A stretch of 64,000 bases of DNA from the NCBI GenBank assembly GCA_034180305.1, contig JAXFOR010000005.1, positions 139,758 through 203,757 on the forward strand. Direction: 5' to 3'. The DNA comes from Finegoldia sp. Its GTDB lineage: Bacteria; Bacillota; Clostridia; Tissierellales; Peptoniphilaceae. Made by a program: the position numbers and the translations under genes. Shown one piece after another: positions 29,625 through 39,669 of this stretch; the first letter of the stretch is position 1; each line of letters starts with the position of its first letter. Under the pieces are notes generated by a model that was not told the origin of the DNA, made no database searches, and worked only from the letters and a program-made list of their open reading frames with translations.

Positions 29625-30740
29625 TTATTCAAACATTTCCTTAATTTTAGAAAAGACTGACTTTTTGTCCTTTAATTTTATATCTTGTTTCATAGAATCT
29701 GAAAATTCCAAAAGCTTTTCTTTTTGTTCCTTGTTAAGGTTTTTAGGAACTACAACCTTGACTGTAAATATTATATCGCCTCTGCCTTGACTATTTACAT
29801 GAAAAACTCCCTTTGACTTAAGTCTGAAAGTTTGTCCTGACTGAGTACCTTCGGGAAGATCAAATTCTTCAATTCCTTCCAAACTAGGAACTTCTATTGT
29901 TGAGCCTAAAGCAGCGTCAGCATATGTAATAGGCATCTCAAAGGTTATGTCATCCCCAACTCTGTTGAAAAATTCATGTTCTTTAACATTTATTACTATA
30001 TATAAGTCTCCGTTAGAGCCGCCATTTTCTCCTTTGTCACCTTGGCCGTGAAGATTAATAACAGATCCGTTGTCGACCCCCTTAGGAATTTTGACTTCTA
30101 TGGTTACACTTTCATTTTCCATCCCTGTTCCGTTACAGTTTTCACACTCGTGCTCTATTATAACTCCACTTCCCCCGCACTTATCGCAGGTTGTTTGAGA
30201 AGTAAATATACCGAAAGGAGTTCTTCTAGATTCATTCATCACTCCGGTACCATTACACTTATCACAAGTCTTCTTTTCTGTACCCGGCTTCGCTCCGGTG
30301 CCACCACATACCTTACAGTTAACTCTTCTGTTAATCTTAACTTTCTTGTCAGCCCCGAATACAGATTCTTCAAAGCTTAATGTTATATGCTTTTGTAGGT
30401 TACTACCTTTCTTAGGAGCATTAGGATTTCTCTTCCTACTACTTGAAAAGCCTGTTCCAAATATATCACCAAAAATGTCTCCGAATATATCTGAAAAATC
30501 CATCCCGAATCCACCTGAATTAGAAAAGACTTGATCCCCGTACATATCATACTGTCTTCTCTTTTCTTCGTTACCCAATACTTCATAGGCAGCATTTATT
30601 TCTTTAAACTTTGCCTCTACCTCATCATCTCCAGGATTTAAATCCGGATGATATTTTTTAGCAAGTTTTCTGTAGGCAGATTTTATTTCGGCTTGAGAAG
30701 CTGATTTATCCACTCCTAAAATTTCATATAAATTATCCAT
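29625..30740 (-). CDS. dnaJ: Chaperone DnaJ
   Basis: HPD motif, four CxxCxGxG repeats. Confidence 0.98.
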   Translation of the reverse strand: MDNLYEILGVDKSASQAEIKSAYRKLAKKYHPDLNPGDDEVEAKFKEINAAYEVLGNEEKRRQYDMYGDQVFSNSGGFGMDFSDIFGDIFGDIFGTGFSSSRKRNPNAPKKGSNLQKHITLSFEESVFGADKKVKINRRVNCKVCGGTGAKPGTEKKTCDKCNGTGVMNESRRTPFGIFTSQTTCDKCGGSGVIIEHECENCNGTGMENESVTIEVKIPKGVDNGSVINLHGQGDKGENGGSNGDLYIVINVKEHEFFNRVGDDITFEMPITYADAALGSTIEVPSLEGIEEFDLPEGTQSGQTFRLKSKGVFHVNSQGRGDIIFTVKVVVPKNLNKEQKEKLLEFSDSMKQDIKLKDKKSVFSKIKEMFE

Positions 30741-30780
30741 ATTATCACCACCACGCTTTAACTATTTTACTAAAATGGGC

Positions 30781-30815
30781 AAAAAAATCAAGGACAAGAA
30801 TAATTCTTGCCCTTT
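30781..30815 (-). terminator. Hairpin between dnaK and dnaJ
   Basis: AAGGACAAGAA-TAA-TTCTTGCCCTT stem with U-run on minus strand. Confidence 0.55.
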
Positions 30816-30833
30816 CTTTACCTATTCTTTATC

Positions 30834-32657
30834 TTATTCTTCGTCATCATCTACTACTTCATAGTCTGCATCAACGACATCATCATCGTTATTAGCTGAT
30901 GCTTGTCCTTGGGATTGATCTTGTGCATTTTCATAAAGCTTTGAACTTAACTTGTACATTTCTTGAGTCAATTCGTCAGTCTTTGTCTTGATATCATCTA
31001 TATTTGAAGATTCCATTGAAGATTTCAAAGCTTCTACCTTTTCCTTAACTTGAGATTTTTCATCTTCGCTTATCTTATCTCCTAAATCATTTACAGTTTT
31101 TTCAACTTGGTAGATAGTTTGTTCAGCATTATTCTTAGCTTCGATCATTTCTTTCTTTGCCTTGTCTTCTTCTGCAAATCTGCTGGCTTCATCTACTTTT
31201 TTCTTTATTTCTTCTTCTGTCATGTTAGTAGAAGATGTTATAGTTATGTTTTGTTGTTTTCCTGATCCCTTATCTTTTGCACTTACATTAACTATACCAT
31301 TTGCATCGATATCAAAAGTTACTTCTATTTGAGGAACTCCTCTTGGTGCTGCAGGAATATCTGTAAGGTTGAATTGACCTAAGACAGTGTTGTCTGCAGC
31401 CATTTCTCTTTCCCCTTGAAGAACTTTTATTTCTACTGATGTTTGACCATCTGCAGCAGTAGTGAATACTTGTGATTTTTTAGTTGGAATAGTTGTATTT
31501 CTTTCTATTAACTTAGTAGTAACTCCACCTAATGTTTCTATACCTAATGATAAAGGTGTAACATCAAGTAATAATAAGTCTTCAACTTCTCCTGTCAATA
31601 CCCCACCTTGGATAGCAGCACCTATAGCTACACATTCATCAGGGTTTATATCTTTTTGAGGATCTTTTCCTATTAAGTTTTTAACAGCTTCTTGAACAGC
31701 AGGTATTCTAGTTGAACCACCTACTAATAGAACCTTATTAATTTCACCTGTGCTTAAGCCTGCGTCTTGTAAAGCTTGCTTAACCGGACTAAGAGTAGAC
31801 TCTACCAAGTCTCTTGTCAATTCATTAAATTTAGCTCTTGTTATATCCATATTAAGGTTTACAGGAGTTCCATTAACTGCTGAAATGAATGGTAAGTTAA
31901 CATTTGTTGAAGATCTTGAAGATAATTCCTTCTTAGCACTTTCTGCAGCATCTTTTAATCTTTGCTTTGAAGTAACGTCATCTCTTAAGTCAACTCCGTG
32001 TTCCTTCTTGAATTCTTCAGCTATATAGTTAACAAGTCTTTCATCGAAGTCGTCCCCACCTAGTCTGTTATTACCTCTAGTTGCAAGTACTTCAAATACT
32101 CCGTCTCCTACTTCAAGGATACTTACATCAAAAGTACCACCACCTAGGTCATATACCATAATCTTTTGTTGGTCATTATCCTTGTTTAAACCGTAAGCTA
32201 AAGCTGCAGCAGTAGGTTCGTTGATTATTCTCTTTACTTCCAATCCTGCTATCTTACCTGCGTTTTTAGTTGCTTGTCTTTGAGAGTCTGTGAAGTAGGC
32301 AGGTACAGTAATTACAGCTTCTGTAACTGTTTCTCCCAAGTAGCTTTCAGTATCAGCCTTTAATTTTTGTAGAATCATTGCTGATATTTCTTCAGGAGTA
32401 TAAGCTTTACCGTCTATGTTTACTTTTTCATCTGATCCCATTATTCTCTTTATAGAAGCGATAGTTCTTTGTGGATTTGTTATAGCTTGTCTTTTAGCAG
32501 TTTCTCCAACCAATCTTTCTCCATCTTTTTCAAAAGCTACTATTGATGGAGTAGTTCTATTACCTTCTGCATTAGGTACTATTGTAGCTTCCCCACCTTC
32601 CATAACTGCTACTGCTGAATTTGTTGTTCCTAAATCTATACCGATTACTTTACTCAT
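30834..32657 (-). CDS. dnaK: Chaperone DnaK
   Basis: [19 protein letters not shown]. Confidence 0.99.
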   Translation of the reverse strand: MSKVIGIDLGTTNSAVAVMEGGEATIVPNAEGNRTTPSIVAFEKDGERLVGETAKRQAITNPQRTIASIKRIMGSDEKVNIDGKAYTPEEISAMILQKLKADTESYLGETVTEAVITVPAYFTDSQRQATKNAGKIAGLEVKRIINEPTAAALAYGLNKDNDQQKIMVYDLGGGTFDVSILEVGDGVFEVLATRGNNRLGGDDFDERLVNYIAEEFKKEHGVDLRDDVTSKQRLKDAAESAKKELSSRSSTNVNLPFISAVNGTPVNLNMDITRAKFNELTRDLVESTLSPVKQALQDAGLSTGEINKVLLVGGSTRIPAVQEAVKNLIGKDPQKDINPDECVAIGAAIQGGVLTGEVEDLLLLDVTPLSLGIETLGGVTTKLIERNTTIPTKKSQVFTTAADGQTSVEIKVLQGEREMAADNTVLGQFNLTDIPAAPRGVPQIEVTFDIDANGIVNVSAKDKGSGKQQNITITSSTNMTEEEIKKKVDEASRFAEEDKAKKEMIEAKNNAEQTIYQVEKTVNDLGDKISEDEKSQVKEKVEALKSSMESSNIDDIKTKTDELTQEMYKLSSKLYENAQDQSQGQASANNDDDVVDADYEVVDDDEE

Positions 32658-32673
32658 TTATATCTTCCTCCTA

Positions 32674-33186
32674 TTATTTACTTACCTTTACCATTGCCGG
32701 TCTAATGCATTTGTTATTTAAAAGATATCCCTTTTGATAAACTTCTAATATTTTGTTACTATCCTTATCTGATTCTTCAGCAAGGACTGCATGATGATAT
32801 TTCGGATCAAAATCTTCATAATTATCTATTTCCTTAAGTCCAAAATCACCTAGTATATTTACAAGATTTTCTCTTATAAGAGAAACTCCCTCATAAAATT
32901 CATCTTTTCTATCTTCACTTTGAATAGCTCTTTCCAAATCATCCAAGATGGATAAAAGCTTAGTTATCAAATCTTCATTAGCAAGTTCTATAGACTGAGC
33001 TTTTTCCCTGTTAACCCTATTTTTGTAGTTAATAAAGTCAGCCTGTAACCTAGCTAACGAATTTTTTAAATCACTTACTTCATCGCTCTCTTGCTCAGAT
33101 TCACACGTATCATCCTCATCAACTAATTCATCATCTTTTTTAATATCTTCATCATTTATCATATCTTCTTGACTCATCTCACTCAC
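32674..33186 (-). CDS. grpE: Nucleotide exchange factor GrpE
   Basis: ADFINYKNR, FDPKYHHAV, QKGYLL..IRPAMVKV. Confidence 0.97.
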   Translation of the reverse strand: MSEMSQEDMINDEDIKKDDELVDEDDTCESEQESDEVSDLKNSLARLQADFINYKNRVNREKAQSIELANEDLITKLLSILDDLERAIQSEDRKDEFYEGVSLIRENLVNILGDFGLKEIDNYEDFDPKYHHAVLAEESDKDSNKILEVYQKGYLLNNKCIRPAMVKVSK

Positions 33187-34234
33187 CTCTTTTAATGAAA
33201 TCTTTTAATCTTGAAGAAACCGCAAGCATTTCTCTAATTATAAGTTCATAATCCATCCTTGTAGGTGCTGCAATTGCAATATTTCCAATACTGTTATTGT
33301 TAAATATGATAGAAGTAGAAATAATAGAGTTATTTTTTAACCTATAATCCTTATTCTCACTTCCTATGGAAATATTTAAAAACTCTCCATTAAAATTAAA
33401 AATCTCTTTTATTTTTTCCCTATCTTCCAAGACTTCTATGAGATTCTTTGCCTCATTTAAGTCCTCGTATTCGACGTAATTAAAAATATTTGATACGCCA
33501 TCGACTGAAAAATAGGTCATATCAAGCTTTTTAATAGCTTCTCTAACGCTATTTATAACAAAAATCTTAATGTTCTCTCCGAGCATGTGGCTATTAGGTA
33601 TTCCTATAAAAGATTCGTATAAATAACTCATATCATTTTCTAAGAATAATTTTCTTAAGCCAAAGTTTACTTTTATCAAAGTTCCCTGGTCTATTTCACT
33701 ATCTGTGTGAATGATATTATGACTTAAATCCCCTGTGTTAAATAAGGTTATAAGGGCATAATTGTGTTTGTTTATCTTTATAAGCTCAATATGATCAAGC
33801 CCTATGCTATCTAAATTTCTTATCATTGAAACAGTTGGATACTTTGTCACTTCTGAAAGGAATTCAGATAAACTTTTTAAAAATCTTTGCGGATCTACAT
33901 ACCTATACCTATTATTTGATATTGGAATTAAAGCTTTACTAACCTCACTTCCCATACCATGATCAACATAGAGTCTGCTAAGTATATCATCCACGTAAAG
34001 CCTGTACGCCTTGTCAGTAGGAATCCTCCCTCCTGAAACATGAGCCTGCTGGAGATAACCCATATCTGATAAATCACTCATCTCATTTCTGATAGTTGCA
34101 GGGCTATAACCTATATCATAATCTTTTGATAGGGTCCTTGAGCCCACAGGCTGAGCACTTTTAATGTAACTATCTAAAATAGAATACAAGATATTTAATT
34201 TTCTATCACTTAAATCAGTATTCAAGTTACCCAC
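33179..34234 (-). CDS. hrcA: Heat-inducible repressor HrcA (start may be TTG at 34225)
   Basis: PVGSRTL, SPATIRNEM, GRIPTDKAYR, PTRMDY. Confidence 0.96.
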   Translation of the reverse strand: MGNLNTDLSDRKLNILYSILDSYIKSAQPVGSRTLSKDYDIGYSPATIRNEMSDLSDMGYLQQAHVSGGRIPTDKAYRLYVDDILSRLYVDHGMGSEVSKALIPISNNRYRYVDPQRFLKSLSEFLSEVTKYPTVSMIRNLDSIGLDHIELIKINKHNYALITLFNTGDLSHNIIHTDSEIDQGTLIKVNFGLRKLFLENDMSYLYESFIGIPNSHMLGENIKIFVINSVREAIKKLDMTYFSVDGVSNIFNYVEYEDLNEAKNLIEVLEDREKIKEIFNFNGEFLNISIGSENKDYRLKNNSIISTSIIFNNNSIGNIAIAAPTRMDYELIIREMLAVSSRLKDFIKRGE

Positions 34235-34243
34235 GCCTTTCTG

Positions 34244-34270
34244 TTAGCACTTATCTTCCTTGAGTGCTAA
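34244..34270. promoter_or_regulatory. CIRCE element
   Basis: TTAGCACTT-N9-GAGTGCTAA directly upstream of hrcA. Confidence 0.95.
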
Positions 34271-34274
34271 AGAT

Positions 34275-34303
34275 ATTATATAGGAGATTTTAGCGCTTGT
34301 CAA
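34275..34303 (-). promoter_or_regulatory. Consensus sigma-A promoter of hrcA-dnaK operon
   Basis: Minus strand TTGACA-17bp-TATAAT. Confidence 0.88.
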
Positions 34304-34383
34304 CCTATATTGATAATTTTCTTGATTTTTTGCTAAACCAGATAATTTTAACCATTTATGTCCTTGAAAATTTCCGGGACAAT

Positions 34384-34414
34384 AAAAAATAGACTTCAAA
34401 GCTGAAGTCTATTT
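34384..34414 (-). terminator. Terminator after hemW
   Basis: AAATAGACTTCA-N4-TGAAGTCTATTT with U-run. Confidence 0.75.
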
Positions 34415-34430
34415 AAGCTTAAATTTAATA

Positions 34431-35546
34431 TTAATTACTCAAAGATAAGTCTCTAAAAAAACTATTTGAAATATAAAATCCTTCATCTGTAAAGGCAAGA
34501 TTTTCTTTTTCAAATCTTATTAAATTTCTGTCTAGCCAAGCTTCTATAAGATTTTTGTTTTCATGATAAAAATTTATAGCAAATTTTTTATAAAAGTAAT
34601 CTAAATTTATCCCGTCTTTTAATCGCATATTCATAATTACATATTCAAATACTTCTTTTTCCCTATCTATATATTCTTTTTCTGTTAAGGGCCTTTGTCC
34701 TTCCAGAATTTTTTTCTTGTAGTTATTATAGAAATATTCATTGGAATACCTAAACTTATTTATATATCCTGATGCCGAAATACCAAATCCATAATAGCTT
34801 TCATCATGCCAATATATTTTATTATGCTTTGATTCAAATCCTTCCATGGCATAATTTGAAATTTCATAGTGCCTGTATTTCTCTCCAAGCCCCTTATAAA
34901 TCATCCTATAAAGTTCAAGCTCATAATCTTCATCCATAACTTCCTTATCGGCATATAACTTATAAAACTTGGTTCCTGATTCTACTATGAGATTATACCA
35001 AGATATGTGCTTAGGTTTAAGCTTTTGTATATTTTGCAAATCAACTTCTATATCTTCAATTTTTTGATTTGGAATCCCATACATAAGATCAATCGAAATA
35101 TTATCTATCTTTTTAGAAATGCTTTCATAAGCCTTATATACATCACTAAGACAATGACTTCTTCCTAGGATCTTATTTAAGTTATTATTAAAAGTTTGTA
35201 CTCCTAAAGACACCCTATTAACTCCGATAGACAGGTAATCAGATATTTTTTTATCATCTATGGAATCGGGGTTTGCTTCTATAGTAAATTCCCTTAGTTT
35301 AAGGTCAAAAGATCTTTCAATAATTTTATATATTTGAACAATATATTTTGAATCTATCTGACTTGGAGTTCCCCCCCCTATATATAAGGTATCTATAAGA
35401 TCCTTTTTATCCTTATACTTATAAATCTCTTTTTCTAATAAATCTATATACTCTTCTACCCTGTTTTCTTGATTAATCATCGTCGAAAAATCACAATAAT
35501 TACATTTTTTACCACAAAATGGTATGTGGACATAAATTCCTTTAAT
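34431..35546 (-). CDS. hemW: Radical SAM heme chaperone HemW (HemN-like); probable ATT start
   Basis: In-frame extension upstream of ORF-track start gives IKGIYVHIPFCGKKCNYCDF; GGGTPS, HYEISNY, HNKIYW. Confidence 0.9.
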   Translation of the reverse strand: MKGIYVHIPFCGKKCNYCDFSTMINQENRVEEYIDLLEKEIYKYKDKKDLIDTLYIGGGTPSQIDSKYIVQIYKIIERSFDLKLREFTIEANPDSIDDKKISDYLSIGVNRVSLGVQTFNNNLNKILGRSHCLSDVYKAYESISKKIDNISIDLMYGIPNQKIEDIEVDLQNIQKLKPKHISWYNLIVESGTKFYKLYADKEVMDEDYELELYRMIYKGLGEKYRHYEISNYAMEGFESKHNKIYWHDESYYGFGISASGYINKFRYSNEYFYNNYKKKILEGQRPLTEKEYIDREKEVFEYVIMNMRLKDGINLDYFYKKFAINFYHENKNLIEAWLDRNLIRFEKENLAFTDEGFYISNSFFRDLSLSN

Positions 35547-35559
35547 AATATACTCCTAT

Positions 35560-35585
35560 AAAAAATAGCCGAATTACGGCTATTT
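35560..35585 (-). terminator. Terminator-like hairpin between lepA and hemW
   Basis: AAATAGCCG-TAATT-CGGCTATTTTTT on minus strand. Confidence 0.65.
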
Positions 35586-37391
35586 ATCGTCATCATATTT
35601 AAGAACTGAAAGAAAGGCTTGTTGAGGAACTTCTACATTACCTACTGAACGCATTCTCTTCTTTCCTTCTTTTTGCTTTTCAAGTAACTTTCTCTTTCTG
35701 GATACATCTCCCCCATAGCACTTGGCCAATACATCTTTCCTGTAGGCTTTAATTGTTTCTCTGGCAATTATTTTATTACCTATAGATGCTTGGACAGGGA
35801 TAGCAAATTGATGTCTAGGTATTTCATCCTTTAACTTACTTACTATTCTCCTACCCCTATCGTAGGCACTGTCTCTGTGGACTATAAGAGAAAGAGCATC
35901 GACTCCTTCTCCGTTAATAAGGATATCCATTTTAACAAGGTCTGCCTTCTCATATCCTTTAAGCTCATAGTCTAGGGAAGCATAACCTTTCGTTTTTGAT
36001 TTTAAGGCATCATAGAAATCATAAATTACCTCATTAAGTGGGAGCTTATATTGAATATTTACTCTCTTCTCATCCAAATATTCCATATTTTTAAATTCTC
36101 CCCGCTTATTTTGACATAATTCCATAATCACACCTACATAGTCGGTAGGAGTCATTATATTAGCTTCTACTATAGGCTCCTCTATATAATCAATTTCTGT
36201 AGCCGGAGGAAAATTAGTAGGATTTTGAATTTCAACTACAGTAGAGTCAGTTAAGTGTACCTTGTAGATTACGCTTGGAGCAGTCGCTATTATATCAAGA
36301 TCAAATTCTCTATCAAGTCTTTCCTGGATAATTTCCATGTGAAGTAGGCCTAAAAATCCACATCGTAACCCGAAACCAAGGGCCTGAGATGTTTCATTTT
36401 CAAAAGTAAGAGAAACGTCATTAACTTGAAGTTTTTCCAAGGCGTCTTTTAGTGTATTGAAGTCTTCCCCTTCGGCAGGGTATAAACCACAATAGACCAT
36501 TGGGGTTACTTCCTTGTATCCTTCAAGAGGAATATCTGCAGGTCTATTTGCATCTGTAATGGTATCTCCTACTCTTGCATCCTTAACATTTTTAATACTG
36601 CATACTATGTAACCTACATCTCCGGAGCTTATCTTATCAGTTAAGACATTTCCATGGGAGACATATCCGCATTCGGTAACTTCAAAAACTTTATTTGTAG
36701 CCATCATTTTTATTTGCATACCGACCCTAACTACGCCTTCAAAAACCCTTATAAAGGTAACTACTCCCTTATAGGAGTCGTAGTAGGAGTCAAATATCAA
36801 GGCCTTTAAAGTTTTATCATCTTTGTCCTCAGGAGCCGGAATTCTAGTTATAATTCCTTCAAGGACATCTTGGATGTTAAGACCCTCCTTGGCTGAAATC
36901 GCAGGAGCATCTGTGGCATCTAGCCCTATAATATTTTCTATCTCATTTTTGGCAGAATCTATATCAGCACTGGGAAGATCTATCTTATTTATTACAGGCA
37001 GAATTTCCAAATCCTGATCTATAGCCAAGTAAACATTTGAAAGGGTCTGTGCTTCTACACCTTGTGAGGCATCTACTATCAATACCGCCCCTTCACAAGC
37101 CTTAAGGGACCTACTTACTTCATAACTGAAGTCGACATGTCCCGGGGTATCGATTAGGTTAAGCATATACTTATTGCCGTCCTTTGCATCATAAAATAAC
37201 TTTATAGCCTTGAGCTTAATAGTTATACCTCTTTCCCTTTCCAGGTCCATAGAGTCTAAGATTTGGTCACTCATCTCTCTTTTAGTAATAGTTCCCGTAT
37301 ACTCTATCAACCTATCGGCAAGGGTTGATTTACCGTGATCTATGTGTGCTATTATCGAAAAATTTCTAATATATTTTTTATCTATATCCAT
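35580..37391 (-). CDS. lepA: Elongation factor 4
   Basis: [23 protein letters not shown]; ATG at 37391 after GAGG. Confidence 0.98.
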   Translation of the reverse strand: MDIDKKYIRNFSIIAHIDHGKSTLADRLIEYTGTITKREMSDQILDSMDLERERGITIKLKAIKLFYDAKDGNKYMLNLIDTPGHVDFSYEVSRSLKACEGAVLIVDASQGVEAQTLSNVYLAIDQDLEILPVINKIDLPSADIDSAKNEIENIIGLDATDAPAISAKEGLNIQDVLEGIITRIPAPEDKDDKTLKALIFDSYYDSYKGVVTFIRVFEGVVRVGMQIKMMATNKVFEVTECGYVSHGNVLTDKISSGDVGYIVCSIKNVKDARVGDTITDANRPADIPLEGYKEVTPMVYCGLYPAEGEDFNTLKDALEKLQVNDVSLTFENETSQALGFGLRCGFLGLLHMEIIQERLDREFDLDIIATAPSVIYKVHLTDSTVVEIQNPTNFPPATEIDYIEEPIVEANIMTPTDYVGVIMELCQNKRGEFKNMEYLDEKRVNIQYKLPLNEVIYDFYDALKSKTKGYASLDYELKGYEKADLVKMDILINGEGVDALSLIVHRDSAYDRGRRIVSKLKDEIPRHQFAIPVQASIGNKIIARETIKAYRKDVLAKCYGGDVSRKRKLLEKQKEGKKRMRSVGNVEVPQQAFLSVLKYDDDK

Positions 37392-37514
37392 AATACCTCT
37401 TAATAAAATATTCCTAAGCAGCTTAAGGATAAGTGCATAGGATATTAAAATTATCAATAAAATAAGTATACCATATTATTAAATAAATTTATGTACTTAT
37501 ATATTCATAAAAAT

Positions 37515-37543
37515 TTGAAAAATTTTGAATTTTAATGTATAAT
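37515..37543 (+). promoter_or_regulatory. Promoter for rpsT
   Basis: TTGAAA-17bp-TATAAT. Confidence 0.6.
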
Positions 37544-37575
37544 ATCAATATTGTTTTATTTTAGGAGGTGAAAGA

Positions 37576-37839
37576 ATGGCAAATATTAAATCAGCTATCA
37601 AAAGAATAGATGTAACTAACAAACAAACTCAAAGAAATAAGGCAAAGAAATCTGAAGTTAAGACTTACATCAAAAAATTTGAACAAGCAGTTGAAGCTAA
37701 TAACAAAGAAGAAGCAGCTAAATACCTTAAAGTTGCTACAAAAAAATTAGATAAGTTAGCTAGCAAAAATACAATTTCAAAGAATAGTGCATCTAGAAAA
37801 ATCAGCAAGTTAAATAAGGCATTTAATAAAATCGCCTAA
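37576..37839 (+). CDS. rpsT: 30S ribosomal protein S20
   Basis: MANIKSAIKR; AGGAGG RBS. Confidence 0.98.
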   Translation: MANIKSAIKRIDVTNKQTQRNKAKKSEVKTYIKKFEQAVEANNKEEAAKYLKVATKKLDKLASKNTISKNSASRKISKLNKAFNKIA

Positions 37840-37872
37840 TAATGTAAAGGATCCGTTACATTATTAAATCAT

Positions 37873-37899
37873 TACCATCGGCAAGGCCGGTGGTTTTTT
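37873..37899 (+). terminator. Terminator after rpsT
   Basis: ACCATCGGC-AAG-GCCGGTGGT followed by T-run. Confidence 0.8.
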
Positions 37900-37920
37900 A
37901 TTTGCTAAAATTATAGGCAT

Positions 37921-37954
37921 AAAAAATCCCGAGTCCTTTTTAGGATCCGGGATT
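37921..37954 (-). terminator. Terminator after tsf
   Basis: AATCCCG..CGGGATT stem with U-run on minus strand. Confidence 0.75.
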
Positions 37955-37961
37955 GTCTATC

Positions 37962-38633
37962 TTATTGCATTTGTTTTTTTACTTCTTCAGCAAAGTCTTC
38001 ATTTTTCTTTTCTAGACCTTCACCAACTTCGTATCTAACAAATCTACGAATTTTAATGTTTTCACCAATTTTAGCGATAAGATCTGTCAAAAGATCTCCC
38101 ACAGTCTTGCTTGGATCTTTGATGAAAGGTTGTTCTAATAGACAGATTTCTGAATAGAACTTGTCAATTCTACCTTCAACCTTCTTTTGAGCTATCATTT
38201 TAGCTTTTTCTTCAGGCATATTTTTTCCTTGACCTTCATTTATAGCTTGTTGAATTAGAACTTCCTTTTCTCTTTCTACTTCTGCAGGATCTACATCTTC
38301 TCTTGAAACGTATTTAGGATTTTGAGCTACTATGTGCATAGCAACGTCTTTAGCAAAAGTTTTAAATTCTTGGTTCTTAGAAACGAAGTCTGTTTCAGAG
38401 TTAATTTCAACTATACATCCTATTCTACCTGAGTGAATGTATGATTCAACTATACCTTCTGATGCTATTCTTCCTGACTTCTTTTGTGCACCTGCTAATC
38501 CCTTTTCTCTTAGTAGGTCTACAGCCTTATCAACGTCTCCATCTGCTTCGCTTAAGGCTTTTTTGCAGTCCATCATTCCGGCACCAGTTTTTTCTCTTAG
38601 TTCTTTAACCATTTTAGCTGTAATTTCTGCCAT
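37962..38633 (-). CDS. tsf: Elongation factor Ts (short form)
   Basis: [24 protein letters not shown]. Confidence 0.98.
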   Translation of the reverse strand: MAEITAKMVKELREKTGAGMMDCKKALSEADGDVDKAVDLLREKGLAGAQKKSGRIASEGIVESYIHSGRIGCIVEINSETDFVSKNQEFKTFAKDVAMHIVAQNPKYVSREDVDPAEVEREKEVLIQQAINEGQGKNMPEEKAKMIAQKKVEGRIDKFYSEICLLEQPFIKDPSKTVGDLLTDLIAKIGENIKIRRFVRYEVGEGLEKKNEDFAEEVKKQMQ

Positions 38634-38710
38634 TTTTTACCTCCATACATTAAAAGAGGCGGTTAATTGTATTCTTAACAGCCACTTTTACTTACTTTAT
38701 CTATAATGAA

Positions 38711-39550
38711 TTATTCTTCGTCTAAATTTTCTCTTAAGTCGTCTTCAGTTAATTCGATAGAATCTTCTTCAACTTCATTTTCGTCCGAAGTTTCTTCAGC
38801 TACATCTTCAACTTCTTCATCGTCTTGAGCTTGAAAATTGTCGCTGTATTCTACATCTACTTCTTCAACGCCTTGTCTTCCTTCGATTACTGCATCAGCA
38901 ATAGTAGAAGTTAATAACTTAACCGCTCTTATTGCATCGTCATTTCCAGGAATAGCGATATCCACTTCATCAGGATCACAATTTGTATCAACTGTAGCTA
39001 TAACAGGTATACCCAAAACGTGTGCTTCACGAATAGCTATATATTCTTTATTAGGATCTATGACGAACATTGCATCAGGCATCTTTACCATATTTCTTAT
39101 TCCGCCAAGATTCTTTTCCAACTTTTCTCTTTCTCTTTGTAATTCGCTAACTTCTTTCTTTGGTAAAAGATCAAAAGTTCCGTCTTCTTCCATTTCATAT
39201 AACTTTTCTAATCTTTCAACTCTCTTACGAATAGTCTTGAAGTTAGTTAACATACCACCTAACCATCTATGACTTACATAGTGTTGAGAACATCTTTTAG
39301 CTTCCAATTCTATAACTTCTTGAGCTTGCTTCTTTGTTCCTACAAAAAGAATTTGTCCACCATCTGCAACTATATCTCTAACAAATTCATAAGCTTTATC
39401 GATTTGTTTAACAGTTTTTTGCAAATCTATAATGTAGATTCCATTTCTTTCTGTGAAGATGAATTTTTCCATTTTTGGATTCCATCTTCTAGTTTGGTGT
39501 CCAAAGTGAACACCTGCTTCTAATAATGATTTCATTGATACTACTGACAT
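38711..39550 (-). CDS. rpsB: 30S ribosomal protein S2
   Basis: [27 protein letters not shown]. Confidence 0.99.
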   Translation of the reverse strand: MSVVSMKSLLEAGVHFGHQTRRWNPKMEKFIFTERNGIYIIDLQKTVKQIDKAYEFVRDIVADGGQILFVGTKKQAQEVIELEAKRCSQHYVSHRWLGGMLTNFKTIRKRVERLEKLYEMEEDGTFDLLPKKEVSELQREREKLEKNLGGIRNMVKMPDAMFVIDPNKEYIAIREAHVLGIPVIATVDTNCDPDEVDIAIPGNDDAIRAVKLLTSTIADAVIEGRQGVEEVDVEYSDNFQAQDDEEVEDVAEETSDENEVEEDSIELTEDDLRENLDEE

Positions 39551-39554
39551 TTAC

Positions 39555-39640
39555 ATACCTCCGTGTTTTTTTCCTCCAATTGAGTCTCCTGTAGATGAAA
39601 CCCTAGGGCAACATCATCTGCATCGTCAATTGTGTGTCTT
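39555..39640 (-). promoter_or_regulatory. rpsB 5' leader (S2 autoregulatory RNA candidate)
   Basis: Structured leader starting ACACAC, with internal GGAGG and stem-loops; upstream TTGAAT-17-TACAAT (39677-39649). Confidence 0.55.
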
Positions 39641-39669
39641 ACCAAGTAATTGTAACATAGATTTAAGAA

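Noticed and set aside
30383-30595. 70-aa same-strand alternate-frame ORF within dnaJ
   Set aside because: Entirely nested in dnaJ with no RBS or motif.
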